A DNA stretch of 64,000 nt from positions 40,172,191 to 40,236,190 of the forward strand of contig NC_081378.1 in assembly GCF_030684315.1 (NCBI RefSeq), written 5' to 3'. Both the position numbers and the translations under genes were made by a program. Below, one piece after another: positions 1 through 13,719 of this stretch. The DNA is from Stegostoma tigrinum. Its lineage: Eukaryota. Every line of letters starts with the position of its first letter. The first letter of the stretch is position 1. Below the pieces are notes generated by a model. The model worked only from the letters and a program-made list of their open reading frames with translations, ran no database searches and was not told the DNA's origin.

Positions 1-3000
1 TGTCAGAAGCCTGTGGTGACATTCTCTTTTACATACGGAATATTCTGCAGTAACAGTTCATCTCCAATATTAGAACTTCACATGCTAGTGAGTATAGAAC
101 AAGAGGTGAAGATTTCTTAAGAATTCTCTGAATTTCAGTGCCTCTTGATTAAAACGCAATTCCCATGCAGTTAGTTTAGTATATTTCATATGCATTGACT
201 CAGCTGGCCAGGTGATTACCACAACCATTTTAGAATGTTCTTTTCTAAACCATGTTTATCCATTAATCATTGGGCATTAAAGCCAAATGTAAGTTGCATA
301 AATAACAGAACATTTTCACTGTGATTTATAATGCTGTGGGCAAAGTGGTTGCATCTAGTGGCTTGTTCTATATGCAGGAGGTGTGCCCCACCTCTCTTCC
401 GTAAGGGTTGAGCAAGGTGGGCTACAGAACCTGCAATAATTGGTTACTGGAGTGTCTTGGTTGGGAGTGGGTGGATGAGCCACTCTCAGCCTCTCCCAGG
501 GCGGCTGGCAAGTAGGTCACTTTCACAATTTTCCACACCACACCACCTCCAATCTTGCTGGAGGGGAAACAGAAAAATTCTATCCTAATCAGATAACTTG
601 GGAAGTAATTCTTCCGTGATACCTCATGGTATCAGTTAGAGGGTGACAGTTTACCTGAATACCAACAGCTGTTTGTAAATGTGTGGTTTGTTCCCAAAAG
701 CCAAAAAAAGCCAACAGGTTATTGAATGAAGAGCAATTTCAATCTATTCTGCCTCCAAACCAGTTATAACTAGAAGACACTGTGGTATATAAGCATTCCA
801 GTAACTATTGCATTTCATTTTGTTCAAGGATTTTGTAGAAATGTGCAAGCCTCTCGATCTGTCAAAAGATCTACTCAAGTGAAAATTTGCAAGAATTCAA
901 CTTGCTATATATTGCATTGGCAGTCTCTGAAGCAACAGTCTTTTAAACACAATGACAAAATTTTACTTTAAACTATTATTGCTGAGTTATGCTTTTTTTA
1001 AAACTAAATTGAACAGTAGAAAAATTTCAAGATGGAAGATCATAGTCATTGAGATGAGAATGCCTGAGATCTGGTGTGCTATGAGGCAGCTCATTGTTTG
1101 TTTGCCAGAGGGCTTTCTGTCAGTGTTAAGACCCCAATGAAGGAAACCCTACTTGCTAACCAGAGGCTGACAGCTCCAGAACTAGATGGAACTGCTAGGA
1201 CACAAACATAGGACTCTTGAGATGGAAGATGACTGGCTGAAAAGGTAGGGCTTTTTTTGTTTGTTTTGGGCATTTGCAGGGATGAGACGTGAAAGGAAAT
1301 GGAGGTGCCGTAAGCGAGATGAGTGATTTGGCCCTCTGTGGTCTAACATTTGATTCACCCTAATCCCCACCCTTGTCTCTTACAAGTTACTGAGACTGAT
1401 GGCTCTCTGCACACCCATCTCCCTCAAATGACATTCTCCCTATATTGGAACTGAAAATGAGGCCCCTCAGTTGCAAGTCATTGGTCACTTAAGAACTTCA
1501 ACTGGTTGCAGGTTGATCTTGGGCCTTCCCACCCAGAACTTGACTAGGACAGCCAGGTTGAAGTTGCATGTATTCCAGAGATGAGGATTAACGTCTCTGA
1601 GCAGGTTGATTCGAAAACAGCTATAATATCACTTTGAAATATCCTGTGATCTTGAATGACAGCAATCGAACAAATAATGTACTGCAAGGTCCACCCATAA
1701 ATTAACTTCTATAGTGGCAGCCATCATTGAGATGAAATCCACTCAGTTATATACCCCTCATGTCACCTTCCCCACTGCGTTTCAAGAGGAGAAGATTGCA
1801 CCCTGTAGGTTGAACAGTATTTCAAGCAACTAGCTACATATCCAAAAATTCAAATCAAAATTTTAAGTAACTGAAGGCAAACCGTTTTTTAAAAGGAAGT
1901 ATTTTTAGTCCATTTCTGTTGCTGCATTACGGGGAGATTACTCATCCATTCCATATTACAGTCACGTTGCAGGTGTTGATTAAAATATTTAAATTTAGCA
2001 CACAACTTAGCACGATGTGATTAACAGAAGAATTGCCTTTTTTTTAGAAATTACTTTTCGGTTGCCCACTAACTGACAGCACAGTTTGAAGTCCCTTGTT
2101 TTTGTGCCTGAAGAAATGTAAATAATCTGCTCAATAACTAAAAGAATCACCTGGAAGCTCTAAATCCAAAAAAAAACTTAAAGTTCAGATTAAGCTGCCT
2201 TTGCAATATTTTCAGAGCCTGTTTTAGTGAAATCAAATCTCGGAGATCAGCATAGATTTACTAGCACTACACTCAACAGTTAATAGGATAAAGGATAAGC
2301 AATTACATTCACAAAATTCAACAAAATCCAATAGTTAAAATGTTGGCTAATTAACCAGTATATCTAGCAAAACTTTATTTTGCAAGTTCCAAACAATATG
2401 TTAATTAATATAAAAGAAAATTGTTACTGATAGTTAAATTATAAATTGGGAACTGAAGCACATATGTTTTAAGCCTACGTAATCCGCAAATGCTTAAAAA
2501 TGAAACCAGAACTTATTATGTGTGACAGGGTCTCAGCCACAGGCTGCAATTTCCCACCAAACCCCCAGTGCTTTTCTTGAAGATGTTCGACGCAATCGGG
2601 CAGTAATCTAGACAGCACGAGCCCCTCACACAATCAGGCCCACTTTGACAGAAATCTCGTCCCTGAATGCTGTTGGCTAATCAGAAGCCAAGCAGTTCTC
2701 CTGTCCCAGGAGTGCCATCAAGAGCAGTGGCCACTATTGATACAACGCTTGGCCCAAACTTGATTGGTACTGGACCCCCAGATAGAGATAAAAGTGGTGA
2801 GGTGGTGTCAGAGGCCTCCAATATGGGTACAGAATGGGGAAAGGTGAGTTGAACATAAGAGCAAGGAGATGGTGTTCAATAGGTCATTGTCTCAATCTCG
2901 GTCCCTCAATTGGGTAAGGAAGGCCTATGAAATGGAGAGCCCCTTCTACTCAGTTCCAGCTGACAAGGTTTGCTGGGCATTTTCTGCAAAGACAGTTGTC

Positions 3001-3719
3001 TCCCAGCCCATCAACTGTAAATCAGTGGATATGGGAAGAGGCCCTTAATTGTCCCTTAAACAATTATTTAAAGGTCCTAAATGCTCTCCAGGAAGGGTGG
3101 CCATTTTTTGCACTTTCTGCCCTGATCCGGGACAGGAAAAGTGGTGAGGATCACACGTCCAGCTTAAACACATAGAGCCCCTTCCCCCGAATGTGCCTGA
3201 GTTCACCTCTGGAGTGACAAGGCATTAAATTCTGCATGAAATCTTGATAAAGGGGGTTGTGGTACATACTTACTGACTGGCTGCAGCAGGCCACATCATT
3301 AATCAGTGTGCAGCATTCATTTGGCATCAGTGTTACCATCTTTGAACTTCATGTTTGGGCCGACACTCTGTTTTAACTGTGCAAAGCTAATCACCTCAAA
3401 CAAAATAAAGGACTCCTGTTTAAATGGAAGATTAGCTACTTACAGTGGACATGTTTGATTGTTCCTGGTGCAACTGTTTTTGGAGCTATTCTGTATTTGT
3501 GGTAGGTTAGGATAGCCTGTAGGGAGTGGGCCAGCTGGTCTAAAGTACTGATTTGAAGCCTTCTGCAGAAACAAGTTGCTTTCAGACATGGATGACCTGG
3601 TAGGCCTATTATTAGGAATTGAGCATGGATGGCAGAATCAAGGAAAGCTGCACAGAGCAGGACAGACTGTTTTAAAAGTAGGACAAACAGGAGCTCTTAG
3701 CAAGAGGTCATTATCTACC

Positions 3720-4070
3720 CAGGCTCATTAGGGAGCAATTCATTCACCACAGCTTCAATGAGGACTGATACTTGAGATACCTTGCCTTCACCAGATGATG
3801 TTGGTGACTGAAATCTGCCAACCGCTGCAGCCATTTCTGCAGCCTTGAAGCAAGGCAAGGAGAGCAATATCTATGGTTATCATGTGAGCTTGGCTTTTAG
3901 CTTTGTCAGTTTACTGCTGGGGATATAAGCATCGTCATGCAGAACCACTGATATACCATTTGAGGCTTTGTTATCACAGACACCTTCATCTCATTCCCTC
4001 TTGCCAGAAGCAAGGAGGCAGAGCAAGCACCATGATTTGCTCAGATTGTAAGTTTTGTCGTGTAATAAAT
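3720..4070 (+). mobile_element. PIF/Harbinger transposase relic (N-terminal part), heavily decayed
   Basis: Broken translation (..HHSFNED*YLRYLAFT / MLVTEICQPLQPFLQP*SKARRA..) resembles the HARBI1-type N-terminus; has stops and frameshifts. Confidence 0.4.
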
Positions 4071-4204
4071 GCATGTTGCATGTGTGCACCTCCTGAATTC
4101 AGCCAATTTTATCAACCGATAGGACTGAGAGAGCAGATTCCCTCAGCCTTTACCAGCAAGTCAAAGGCTGGCTCTTTTTGCCTTCATCCTCCTCAACTCC
4201 ATTG

Positions 4205-4400
4205 AGTACAGATCAAGAGTCCTCAACCATTCATTATATGACATGCTCTTCAGCCCCAGGATCATTCCTGTAAACCCCATCTGGACACCTTCCAATGCCA
4301 GCAGATCCTTCCTTAGATACGGGGCCTAAAACCGTTCACAATATTCCAAATGAGGTCTGATCAGAGTCTTATACAGCCTCAATAGTACATCTCTGCTCTT
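4205..4400 (-). mobile_element. CR1 LINE fragment (ORF2 C-terminal part)
   Basis: Reverse strand resembles the CR1 LYKTLIRPHLEYCEQF region, as in other CR1 copies here. Confidence 0.7.
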
Positions 4401-4524
4401 AAGAATTTAGGACTGCAATGAGAAATATTTTCATTCACGTGATTCTCAACACCAGCAGGATGTGCCTGCGCAGTTGTTGAGTACTTTTGAAGCTGAGTAA
4501 CTTAGGGAGTCCAAGGATGTAGAG

Positions 4525-4690
4525 TAAAGCATGGATGTTGGGAATACTTCGCAGGTCAGATAGCATCTGTGGAGATGGAAACCGAGGCAGCATTTTGGTT
4601 CAATGTCCTCTTATCATCAAGGAGAGTTCTGAATGTTCGATGTTAGACCTGAAATATTATGAGACTGAATTTATCTCTGTGTCGAGATTA
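4525..4690. mobile_element. Decayed head-to-head Penelope pseudo-LTR pair (family B)
   Basis: GCAGGTCAGATAGCATCTGTGGAGA..., then GTTCTGAA..GACCTGAAA; same family as 17670-17893. Confidence 0.45.
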
Positions 4691-5624
4691 TGCTTTATAG
4701 CAGGTATACGTGTCTCATATATGTCTTTAAAGACTGTTATGTCTTCAGCCACAAGGTTGAAATAATCATACTTTAGACTCAATATTATCAAGTGTATTTC
4801 TTCCAGTTCTCCTTTTAGCTGATTGATTGAAATGTTGCTGCTGAGTATCCAACTGCAGCAAGCAGTGAATGTGGTACCCTGAATGCACATCTGCGTAGCA
4901 ATTAGTTCCTAACTCCTAACTAATAATATAACAGTACAACATTCCTTCTGTGTCAATGGTTATTTTCATCCAAACTGAAATTAATCAACAATTAGCCTTT
5001 ATAATTAAATAGAACACCTTTTGGAGTCAGTTATTTTACGAGATATCACTCTCAATGCTGGGGCAGTAGGATGTTGAGCCACGATCTTGTAGATTTTGTA
5101 TTAATGACTCTGACTGGTGAGTTGTCATTCTGCACAATGTTGTGCATAATGCTCCTGATATTGTAGGCATCATTCTTACTTTCCTAATGTTGTGTTAGTT
5201 GCTGGGGATGTTATTGGTATTGTACTGCTTGCTGGTGATATTGCGTTGCTGGTGTAGTTAAGATTCACACTCCAGTAACCATGACTGCCATCAAGCTTGC
5301 TGCAGTCTTTTTCCACTGCCATTTCTGGTCCAAGGTCTTCCAGTGTTGGAATATGGTAACGATTCCCCTTCGTGGCTTGATTAAGATCTTCAAGATCCTG
5401 TCAAATTCTTAACTATCCATTTGACTTTTCTTTCTCCAGTTTGTGTGCTTCCTGACTCACGTGATTACCTTCTTTCCTTCGCTGTCTTTGGCTTTCCTTT
5501 TAACATTTTTGGAATTTTACACAGGGAATGAATCACTGGTCTCTGCACTTCATCAATAGTGATGTGATACTCAAAATCCCCAAAGCAACTTTACTCGCTT
5601 CATCATTGACTTTCTCTCCATCAC

Positions 5625-6205
5625 AAGGTCAAAAGTAGGAATGTTCACTGACAATTGCACAATATTACCGCCATTTGTTATTCATCAGATGCTGAAACTG
5701 CTTGGGTTGACACACAGCAAGACTCGGACAACACCAAGGCTTGGGTTAATAAGTGTACCACACAAGTAACAACGATACCACACAAGTGCCAGGCAATGCC
5801 CATTTCAACAAGACCGTGCCTACCATCACGCCTTGAAAGTTAACGGCATTGTCATCACTGAATACCCCTCTATTAACATTCTGGGGTTACCATCAATCAG
5901 AAACTGAACGGAATTGGCCACATAAAAACTAGCTATAAGAGTAGATCCGAGGCTAAGAATTCTGCAGTGCACCTCCTGACTCCTCAAAGCTTGCATCTGT
6001 AAAGTAAGAGTCAGGAATATACTGGAATACTCTGTAAGTTTCTCCTTAAAAGGACATAACACAATTGACACTAATACTAAATCCTGAAACTCCCTCGGTA
6101 ACAGTCAAGTGGCTGTAGCTGCATCGTATGGACTGTTCGAAAGCAATTAGTAAAGGCGATAAATGCTGGTCTGATAATGATGCTCACATTCTGTGAATGA
6201 AAATA
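5625..6205 (+). mobile_element. CR1-clade LINE 3' fragment
   Basis: ATGTTCACTGACAATTGC (MFADDC-like RT motif); 3' end AAATGCTGG..CACATTCTGTGAATGAAAATAAA; same family as 50555-52775. Confidence 0.6.
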
Positions 6206-6607
6206 AAACTGCCTTTAGCCCTCAGTGGTGTCTCTTTCAATGCTTAGTTTACTTGAGATAAGTTACGGATTTTTGCAATTACTCAGCCCTAGGATAACTG
6301 TTTCTGTGAGGTAGAAATGCTTTCTTATATCATCATTATTTTAGACCTCCAATTATCCCAGAATATATCTTAAAACTCAATATGTGAGTCTTGCATAATT
6401 TAGACCTCTAGCATCCACAGTAAATTGCTTTTATTTTACATTAATATTGTAAATGACTTGGAGATCACTATATTATTGTATGTAATGTTGTTTTATTTCA
6501 TATTTAAAGATATATTATCTAAATATCACTGATACATTAAAGTAAAATCCACTTCTGGATGATCAATGGTATTGATAACAGAAAGCAGTAATTTTGAAAA
6601 GCTGAAA

Positions 6608-7092
6608 AGGGCCCTGGGAGTGTTCTCGAACAGAGGTCTCAGGGTTCAGGTACATATTCTTTGAAAGTTGCTTCACAGATAGACAGGGTGGCACAGAAGG
6701 TGTTTGGAATACTTGTCTTCATTCTCAGACCATTAAGTATAAGTGTTGGGTCGTCATATTGTGTTTTCAGGAGATTGGTGAGGCTACTTTTGGAGTACTG
6801 TGTAAAGTTCAGGTTGTCTTGCTATAGGGCAGATTCTATTAAATTGGAGAGAGTGCAGAAAAGATTTACAAGGATGTTACCTGAACAGCAACTTATTCAC
6901 ACACAAGTTACATATGTGGAATGAGCTGCCAGAGGAAGTGGTAGTTGCAAGTAGTTATGACATTTAAAAGATATTTGGACAGGTACATAAATAGGAAAGG
7001 TTTAGTGGGATATGGGCCAAATGCAAGCAAATGGGACTAGTTAAGTTTGGGAAACTTGGGTTAGCATGAATTAGTCGGACCAAAGGATCTGT
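6608..7092 (+). mobile_element. CR1 LINE 3' fragment
   Basis: ORF 6661-6924 LVRLLLEYCVKF..KLERVQKRFTRMLP; 3' end GGATCTGTTTCCGTGTTCTATGACTCT. Confidence 0.85.
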
Positions 7093-7889
7093 TTCCGTGT
7101 TCTATGACTCTACAACAGATAGTTAAAATCAGATAATCATTGGTAGAATACTGATATCCAATGATTCTACAACAAGCCTTCTTTTTCAAAACTTATGATC
7201 AAATAATTGTCTTTTTGTATTACTTTGAAGTTTTAGGTCTTATTTTCAACCTTCTTATGACCATGGGTCAAAATACCAATCTATTGTGCACATTGTACTA
7301 TCCCTTAATTTCAAAATGTGTTATTTCAAGAGGACTGCTGCAGAAACTGTAGCTAAAAATATAGAAAGACTTCTGTGTGGAACCAATGGAATGTAACATC
7401 TATAGGTATCGGTGAAACTTTGAATCGACCAGATTATGATCTTCTGTGACTATAAAGTTGTCGATGAGCTAGTGAGGTCCTCCTTTAACAGCAAGTCATC
7501 CCTGCAGATTATGTCCCAAGTTGCTGACACATTAAAGGCTTTTCCCTTTTGAAGAATATGCTAGGACAGGGTTAAACATCTAGTTTAAGATCTGCTGAAG
7601 TGGGCTAATGGGACTGAACAGTCTTACATGTACCAGACTATGTTCATGTGTTAACATGTTGTGAAAGTCATGGTCAAAGAACCCTCGTCAGCCTGTATTA
7701 CAGTTAAAAAGATCCTCTGTCTCTCTAAATGAGTGGAATATGGACATAGAAACTGCAATTGCCCTACAAAATCGGAATCTCTAAAATCATCTGTCATCAT
7801 CACTACCAGTAACTTCCACTACATTGATGGTGATGTTCAACTCTCTGTTCTTCATGAACAATTCAGAAACTGATCCATATATCTTTCTC

Positions 7890-8155
7890 TGCTACTTTTA
7901 TCTTTTTGTACTCACCTCAACACACGTATAGACGGGTTAACATTACATTACTAATTCCTCTTTGTGTTAATAATTAACGAACTCACTCTTTCGGTTGATT
8001 CAAGAACACCTGGTTTAATTGGCTCCGTAAGCATTAGTTTGTTTGGCACTGGGAGAAAAGGATCCCTACAATGAAGGGATCCTTTGTTACACCCAACTGA
8101 AGAGGGAGTTGGATGAATAAAAAAGGGAAGCTATCTCATCCCTTGGAGCGTAACA
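7890..8155 (+). mobile_element. Possible LTR 3' part (ends ..GAGCGTAACA)
   Basis: Ends in TAACA like other shark LTRs; resembles the reverse complement of 38770-38950; by-eye only. Confidence 0.3.
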
Positions 8156-9849
8156 GTTTGGGCTACCCTGACTGGAACTGCAGCAAATTTTGAAAACTTA
8201 TCTGGCACCTGGTCATGACCACCTTTTGTAACTGATGGTGCTGCAGGAATCTATTCGGACTAATTTCCCTTTTTGTTTCTGAATGCATGCAAAATTGTTT
8301 TAGTTTTTTGTTTGTGTTTCAAAGTTACATTTTAAAGTTCATTTTGGAAAGCACTTGTTGGCCAGCTTAAGATAACAAAGGTATCTGCTTGTAGAATAAA
8401 TTCTTCACTGCTGGTTTAATATTATATTTTCTAAATAGTGAAAGTAATGACTGACAGAATCATTGTCAGCAGTAGATTTATTGGTTGGCTTTTAGGAGTC
8501 AGAGGTGATCCCCGTGAGTCTCAATAAACCTTTGAACTTACATTCTAATTGATGCCCAGTGACTTTTTAACAATGCCACTTGGCATCTCACCATGAGTTG
8601 GTAGAATTCTTGCATCAGCCTCTTCCTGCCCACAACTTGATCAGAGATCACCAGCTAGATTCAGGGAATTGGGTGCGACTTGGACCCTCCCCACTCCTTC
8701 CTTATCCTTATCAGGTTCAATTGAAATTCAGCCATTTTGTGTCTGACGACAAGGAACTCACATTGGTCATTTTATATAGCAAAAAGCAACATTATCTATT
8801 TGAGTGGAATGCACTTTAGAGTTAATAATTGAAGTATTCAGGACAGAACATACATTCTGGTCTAAAATTACCTCTTGCTCTCTCAATAGAGTGTTTTAAA
8901 ATGGCTGAACGACCATTAAAATTACAATAGTAATCTATTTGCTGGAAAGAAAAACAATAGATTGGATTTTTTTGTTCGTATGCACATTCCAGACAGGGAG
9001 TACAGACGGAGACAGACACAGACAGCTGTGTTTCCAAAGCTTTGTTGTAGCAGTTTGCCCATAAGTGCAGCCACCAGGCAGCGTTCCCCCACAGGACCAA
9101 TTTTTAAAAGCTCCCTTTATTCTTTTTTGTCAGATCATTGTGATAAATAATGCAAGCTGCAACACGCTGTAAATTGTTCATGCAGATGGTTTGTTATAAA
9201 ATCTGCAATGCCCAAAGTCCAACTCACAGAATGTTACTTCACCTGTGGCTGTGGGCTGTTGTAATTCTTTCTGTAACACACCCAGGAAACCAAAACATAC
9301 AGCTGTGCTTGGTTGTACTTGACTCTTGATCATTTCTTTGATCTAAGCAATTCATGCTTTCACCCTTTGGATAATTCTAAACTGCAGATTGTTCGAAGAA
9401 GGAAATGTATTCCAAAGCTGCAACAGAGTTTGAGGCTTATCTTTCCCTTTGGGCTTCCACTTTGATTTTTGTCTGTGGGAAGGAAGACCATGAAACATAT
9501 TCCAGCCTTGCCACCAATTGAGGTCTTAAGTGGGCAATTTTTAGCAATGTTTCTAAGTCCTAACCCAATTACTAAATTTATTGTTGGGTGGGCTTATTGG
9601 CATGATATGCAATGCTGTGTGCATCTGCATGTGGTGTCCCAGTGTGTGATGGTTGGGATCTGTGCTGTATGCCTGATTAAAGATCCCTGCATCAGGAACG
9701 AGCCACCCCTTCTCTTTGTCACCACCTCCAGCTTAGACTACCACCCTATGATGCAATCCCCACTAATTCCCTTCCACTATTATATGTGTCTCTAGCCTGG
9801 GTTTTGCTACATTTGGTCTCCGCTGGGTGCATCTCCCACAACACCCACT

Positions 9850-10200
9850 GCTTCTGTGGTGGCACTGCTGAGCACATGAGCTAATGGACTATGAAGGCCT
9901 TCCCCAAAGTAAGGCAGCATAGTTGACTCACTATCTGCCCAATGAGTGTCTTACAATCCAGTTACCTCCATGGAATGAAGCCCCCACTCTGAGTTGGCTG
10001 AGGTGAATGGGGAAGGAGAGAGGAGCACAAGGTGCTGCACATGGAATAGCCACCAATACATCATGGCACTATCTAATGGATCCATTTGCAGTGACAAGCA
10101 AACAATTGCAAGCATTTGCCTGCAGATGCCCTGAAGATTGCCAGTTATCCTGTAAAATGATCAGTACCTGTGAATCTCATGGTGCTCTGACCTCCCACTT
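9850..10200 (-). mobile_element. PIF/Harbinger transposase relic
   Basis: Reverse strand GGGCTTCATTCCATGGAGGTA (GLHSMEV, cf. GFHSLNVQ) plus traces of upstream HARBI1-like motifs. Confidence 0.4.
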
Positions 10201-10595
10201 GGGTCTCATCCCCTGTGAGTAGACAAACTGCATGGAAAGGAGTCCAGAGTACCATCGGCATAATTCCCAGAGTTTTAAATATAGTTCATTAATCTGTTGC
10301 ATAATTCCATTCATTGGCTTTCTGCCATTTAAGGTGTGGCTTGCTGTCACCATTCTGAAGGCATCTCTGTTAAATGTGCCCCAAGATACTAAATTGTGGT
10401 AGATCATTCCAGTGCAATTATTTTTAGCCACCTTAGCGGCTCCTTGCCTGCCTCTTTCACAGTGAACCTCCGGTGTGGTGAGAAGATTTCCCCCAGACTT
10501 CGTCAAAGAAAGAATGGAAATGGGTCAGCAAGGGAGAAAGATATACATGAGATTAAAGGGACAAGCATATGACCTAATTTTGTTACAAGGATTTG

Positions 10596-10905
10596 GGGTG
10601 GCATGGTGCCTCTCACCACCAGTGACTCAGGTTTGATTCCACCCTTGGGCAATTGTCTGTGTGGAGTTTGCATGTTCTCCCAGGTGTTCCCATATCCCCC
10701 CACAGTCCAAAGATGTGGAGGTCAGGTGGGTTGGCCATGCTAAGTTGCCATAGTTTCTAGGGTTATGCAGGCTAGATGGAGTAGCCATTAGGGTACATAG
10801 GTTTTAGGGTAGGGTGGTGGGACTGGACGTAATGCTCTTTGGAGGGTTGGTGTGGACCTGATGGGCCAAATAGCCTGCTTTCACACTGGATGAATTCTAT
10901 GATTG
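10596..10905 (+). mobile_element. HE1-type tRNA-derived V-SINE
   Basis: GGTGGCATGGTG head, B-box GGTTTGATTCC, V-domain TGTCTGTGTGGAGTTTGCATGTTCTCC..CCCACAGTCCAAAGATGTG, CR1-like tail. Confidence 0.85.
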
Positions 10906-11789
10906 TGAAAATGATATTTGAATAAGTTAGAACCTGCTTTACCTTTCAATAAGATATCGATTGATCTTCGACTGCAATTTGCGTGTTCTCACACTATCCC
11001 CATATTTTTTAACTCCTTTAGTGCCTAGTAATCTATTGATTGCTCTCAGAGTACAGTCACTAACCGAACACCCATGCCCTTCTGGGATATCAAATAAAAA
11101 ATAGTCAGTACAATACTTAAATGTTGCTGACATGAGATTTGTTATTGATGCTTTCTGCCTTGCATTCATTAAGACAGACGTGAGAATGCCAAATTACAGA
11201 AGTTCAGAACAAATTTCCATTATAGGACCGACATTCCCTCTACCTGCGAGCTCTGTACACAATGATACCAATTAGAGGCCTTCACTTCCAGAAACAACTG
11301 CTGTAGATGGACCTCAGAGATCCGTGCAACAGCAGATTTAACAAGGGACGTGGATCAGCATCTTTTTCTGATGACTGCAAGTTGGAATGCCCTAGCAGCA
11401 TGTCTCTATTATCAGCAAAATTTGACAAAAAAGAACTTGTTATCACCAGGAAAATAGAAGTTGTGGGTGATTTCAATCTTTGAGCAACGTCTCACTGGTA
11501 ATTTGAATATTTCAGGTTGCTGCGCCTAGTGCTGTTTTGACAGTGAATTGAGTCAGTGTTGGGACCGATCCTGCACATTTCTTTTCATAAGTGTTTGCAC
11601 TGTGTTTTGTTGTTGCACGTTCAGAGTAATCAGTGTGGGAAACTCATGCTGAGGTGAAGGATTTCTTTCTCATCTTTCTTTTCCCTTTCTATGCACAAAT
11701 ATAAAATTGCCTGAAAATGGCAATATGCTGGAGTTTGCTGATGATGTGGGTGTTTTAGCTTTTCTTCCTCCCCTAAAAGGGACAGTCAA

Positions 11790-12082
11790 AAGAAACATAG
11801 AAATTAGGTGCAGGGATAGGCCATTTGGCCCTCCAAGCCTGCACCACCATTTGATATGATCATGGCTGATCATGCAATTTAAGTATCCCATTTCCACTTT
11901 CTCTCCTTACTCCTTAATCCCTTTAGCCACAAGGGCCATGTCCAGCTCCCTTTCAGGTGTATCTAATGAACTGGCATCAATAGCTTTCTGTGGTGGAGAA
12001 GCCCACAGGTTCACAATTCTCTGAGTGAAGAAATTGTTACTCATATCAGTCCTGAATGGCTTACGTGTTATTCTTATACTAT
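11790..12082 (-). mobile_element. CR1 LINE 3' end
   Basis: Starts with the reverse complement of a CR1 tail (AGAAACATAGAAATTAGGTGCAGG..GGCCATTTGGCCCTC); reverse strand NFFTQRIVNLW. Confidence 0.8.
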
Positions 12083-12179
12083 GAGTTAGAAAGAAAGGAG
12101 CAGACCCTGTTACCTTTTATGATTTGCCCATAGTGGGACACAATTTTTTCTTTGACAGGGTAGACAGTTTGGGCAAGCT

Positions 12180-13450
12180 TCTTGAACTGTTAATTTGTGA
12201 CAAAATTAGTAATCACTTGGGCAAATGCATGTTCATTGTCGAGGGAAAATCTTTTATAACTAACTTGTCAGAGTTTTTATGAGGCTACAGGGAGGGTTGG
12301 TGAGAGTATTTCTGATGACTTGTTGTATGTCAATTTCTATCAGGTATGTTACAAATGGCAACGCAACTGATGTGTGAGCAAATTAGGAGCTCATACAGTG
12401 AAGGGGACCGTAGAGACATAGGTGTAGAATTAGCTGAGTAAAAACAAATGGCATTGTGGTTATTGGATTTTTTTGAGCTGCAGGAAGGTTTATAGTTAAC
12501 ATTCACTGGAGGTCAATTTTAAGGTCTCTGCTCTTCATGATATCTGACCTAACTCTTGGTAGCTGGGGCACAATTTCAAAATGTGGAGATGTTACAGAGC
12601 TCAGAAGTATTGTGAACTGCAAGGATAGTGTTGACACTCAGTAGGATAGGTAGGTGGGATGAGTGGATACATGGTGGATGAAATTTAATGTGTGGAATTC
12701 GGTGATTTCCTTTGGTCCAGAGAATGTAGTCAGGCAATATAAACTAAAGGGTACAAATCCAAAAGGAGAGTAGGTACAGAGGGAGTGGGGAATATACATG
12801 TGTAAATCATTGATGTTAATAGAACAGATTTAGAGAAGTCAATAAAGCTAGCGGAATGGTGAGCTTTGTCAGTAACTGCCCTGCTTTTGTGTTCTATGCA
12901 ATTATTATGTTAAATTTGAATTGAAGACCGGTTTGACCGCAGGTGGAGTATAGCATCTGGTTTCGGTTGCCACCCTTTAGGAAGGACATGAAGGTATTAG
13001 AGAAGGTGTTGGAAAGGTTCACCAGAATGGTTTCTGAAATGAGAAACATCAGCCATATACATGGGTTGGAGAAGTTGGATCTAATTTCCTTGGACATTGA
13101 GAGAAGATTTGACAGAGGTATTATAAATCATGATTAGTTTGGACAGAGAAAATAGGGAGTGGAAGGATCAGGAAGAAGAAAGCACAGATTTAAATTGAAA
13201 GCAGCAAAAATGTCTTGAGAAACAACATTTTCACACAGCAATTGTGTAGAATCTGGAATTCAATGGCTGAGAATTTGATAGATGCAGGTTGAATCAAAAC
13301 ATTCAAGAGGAACTTGATTATTATCTGGAGAGGAGGAAGGTACAGGAAAGCAAAGAGTGACACTCGGTGAATTCTTCCTTTTGAAGATCCACCACAGACA
13401 CAATGGAGCAAATGACCTCCTCCTGTGTTGTCACTATTTTTTAATTCTGT
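12180..13450 (+). mobile_element. CR1 LINE ORF2 RT fragment, decayed
   Basis: ORF 12943-13137 EYSIWFRLPPFRKDMKVLEKVLERFTRM; upstream KSFITNL-like RT motif. Confidence 0.8.
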
Positions 13451-13719
13451 GATAACATTAACAAGAGAAAGAATTTCAAAATTCAATGGCATGTTGCGCA
13501 GATAATTTGTATTTGTTTTGAATTTAATGTATGTACCTTTTGGAAAGGCCTCAACAGCAATTTAATTGGCAGTTGCAGCCATCAGGCAATCATTAAAAAT
13601 ACCATCACACTCCTACTTGACCTTTTGTAGATGGCTGCTTGGTCAGGGGCTGAGATACTTATCGCTTATTTGTCGTGATCTTGTAGCCAGTACCGATCTG
13701 CCTTGTCTTGTTCGGATTC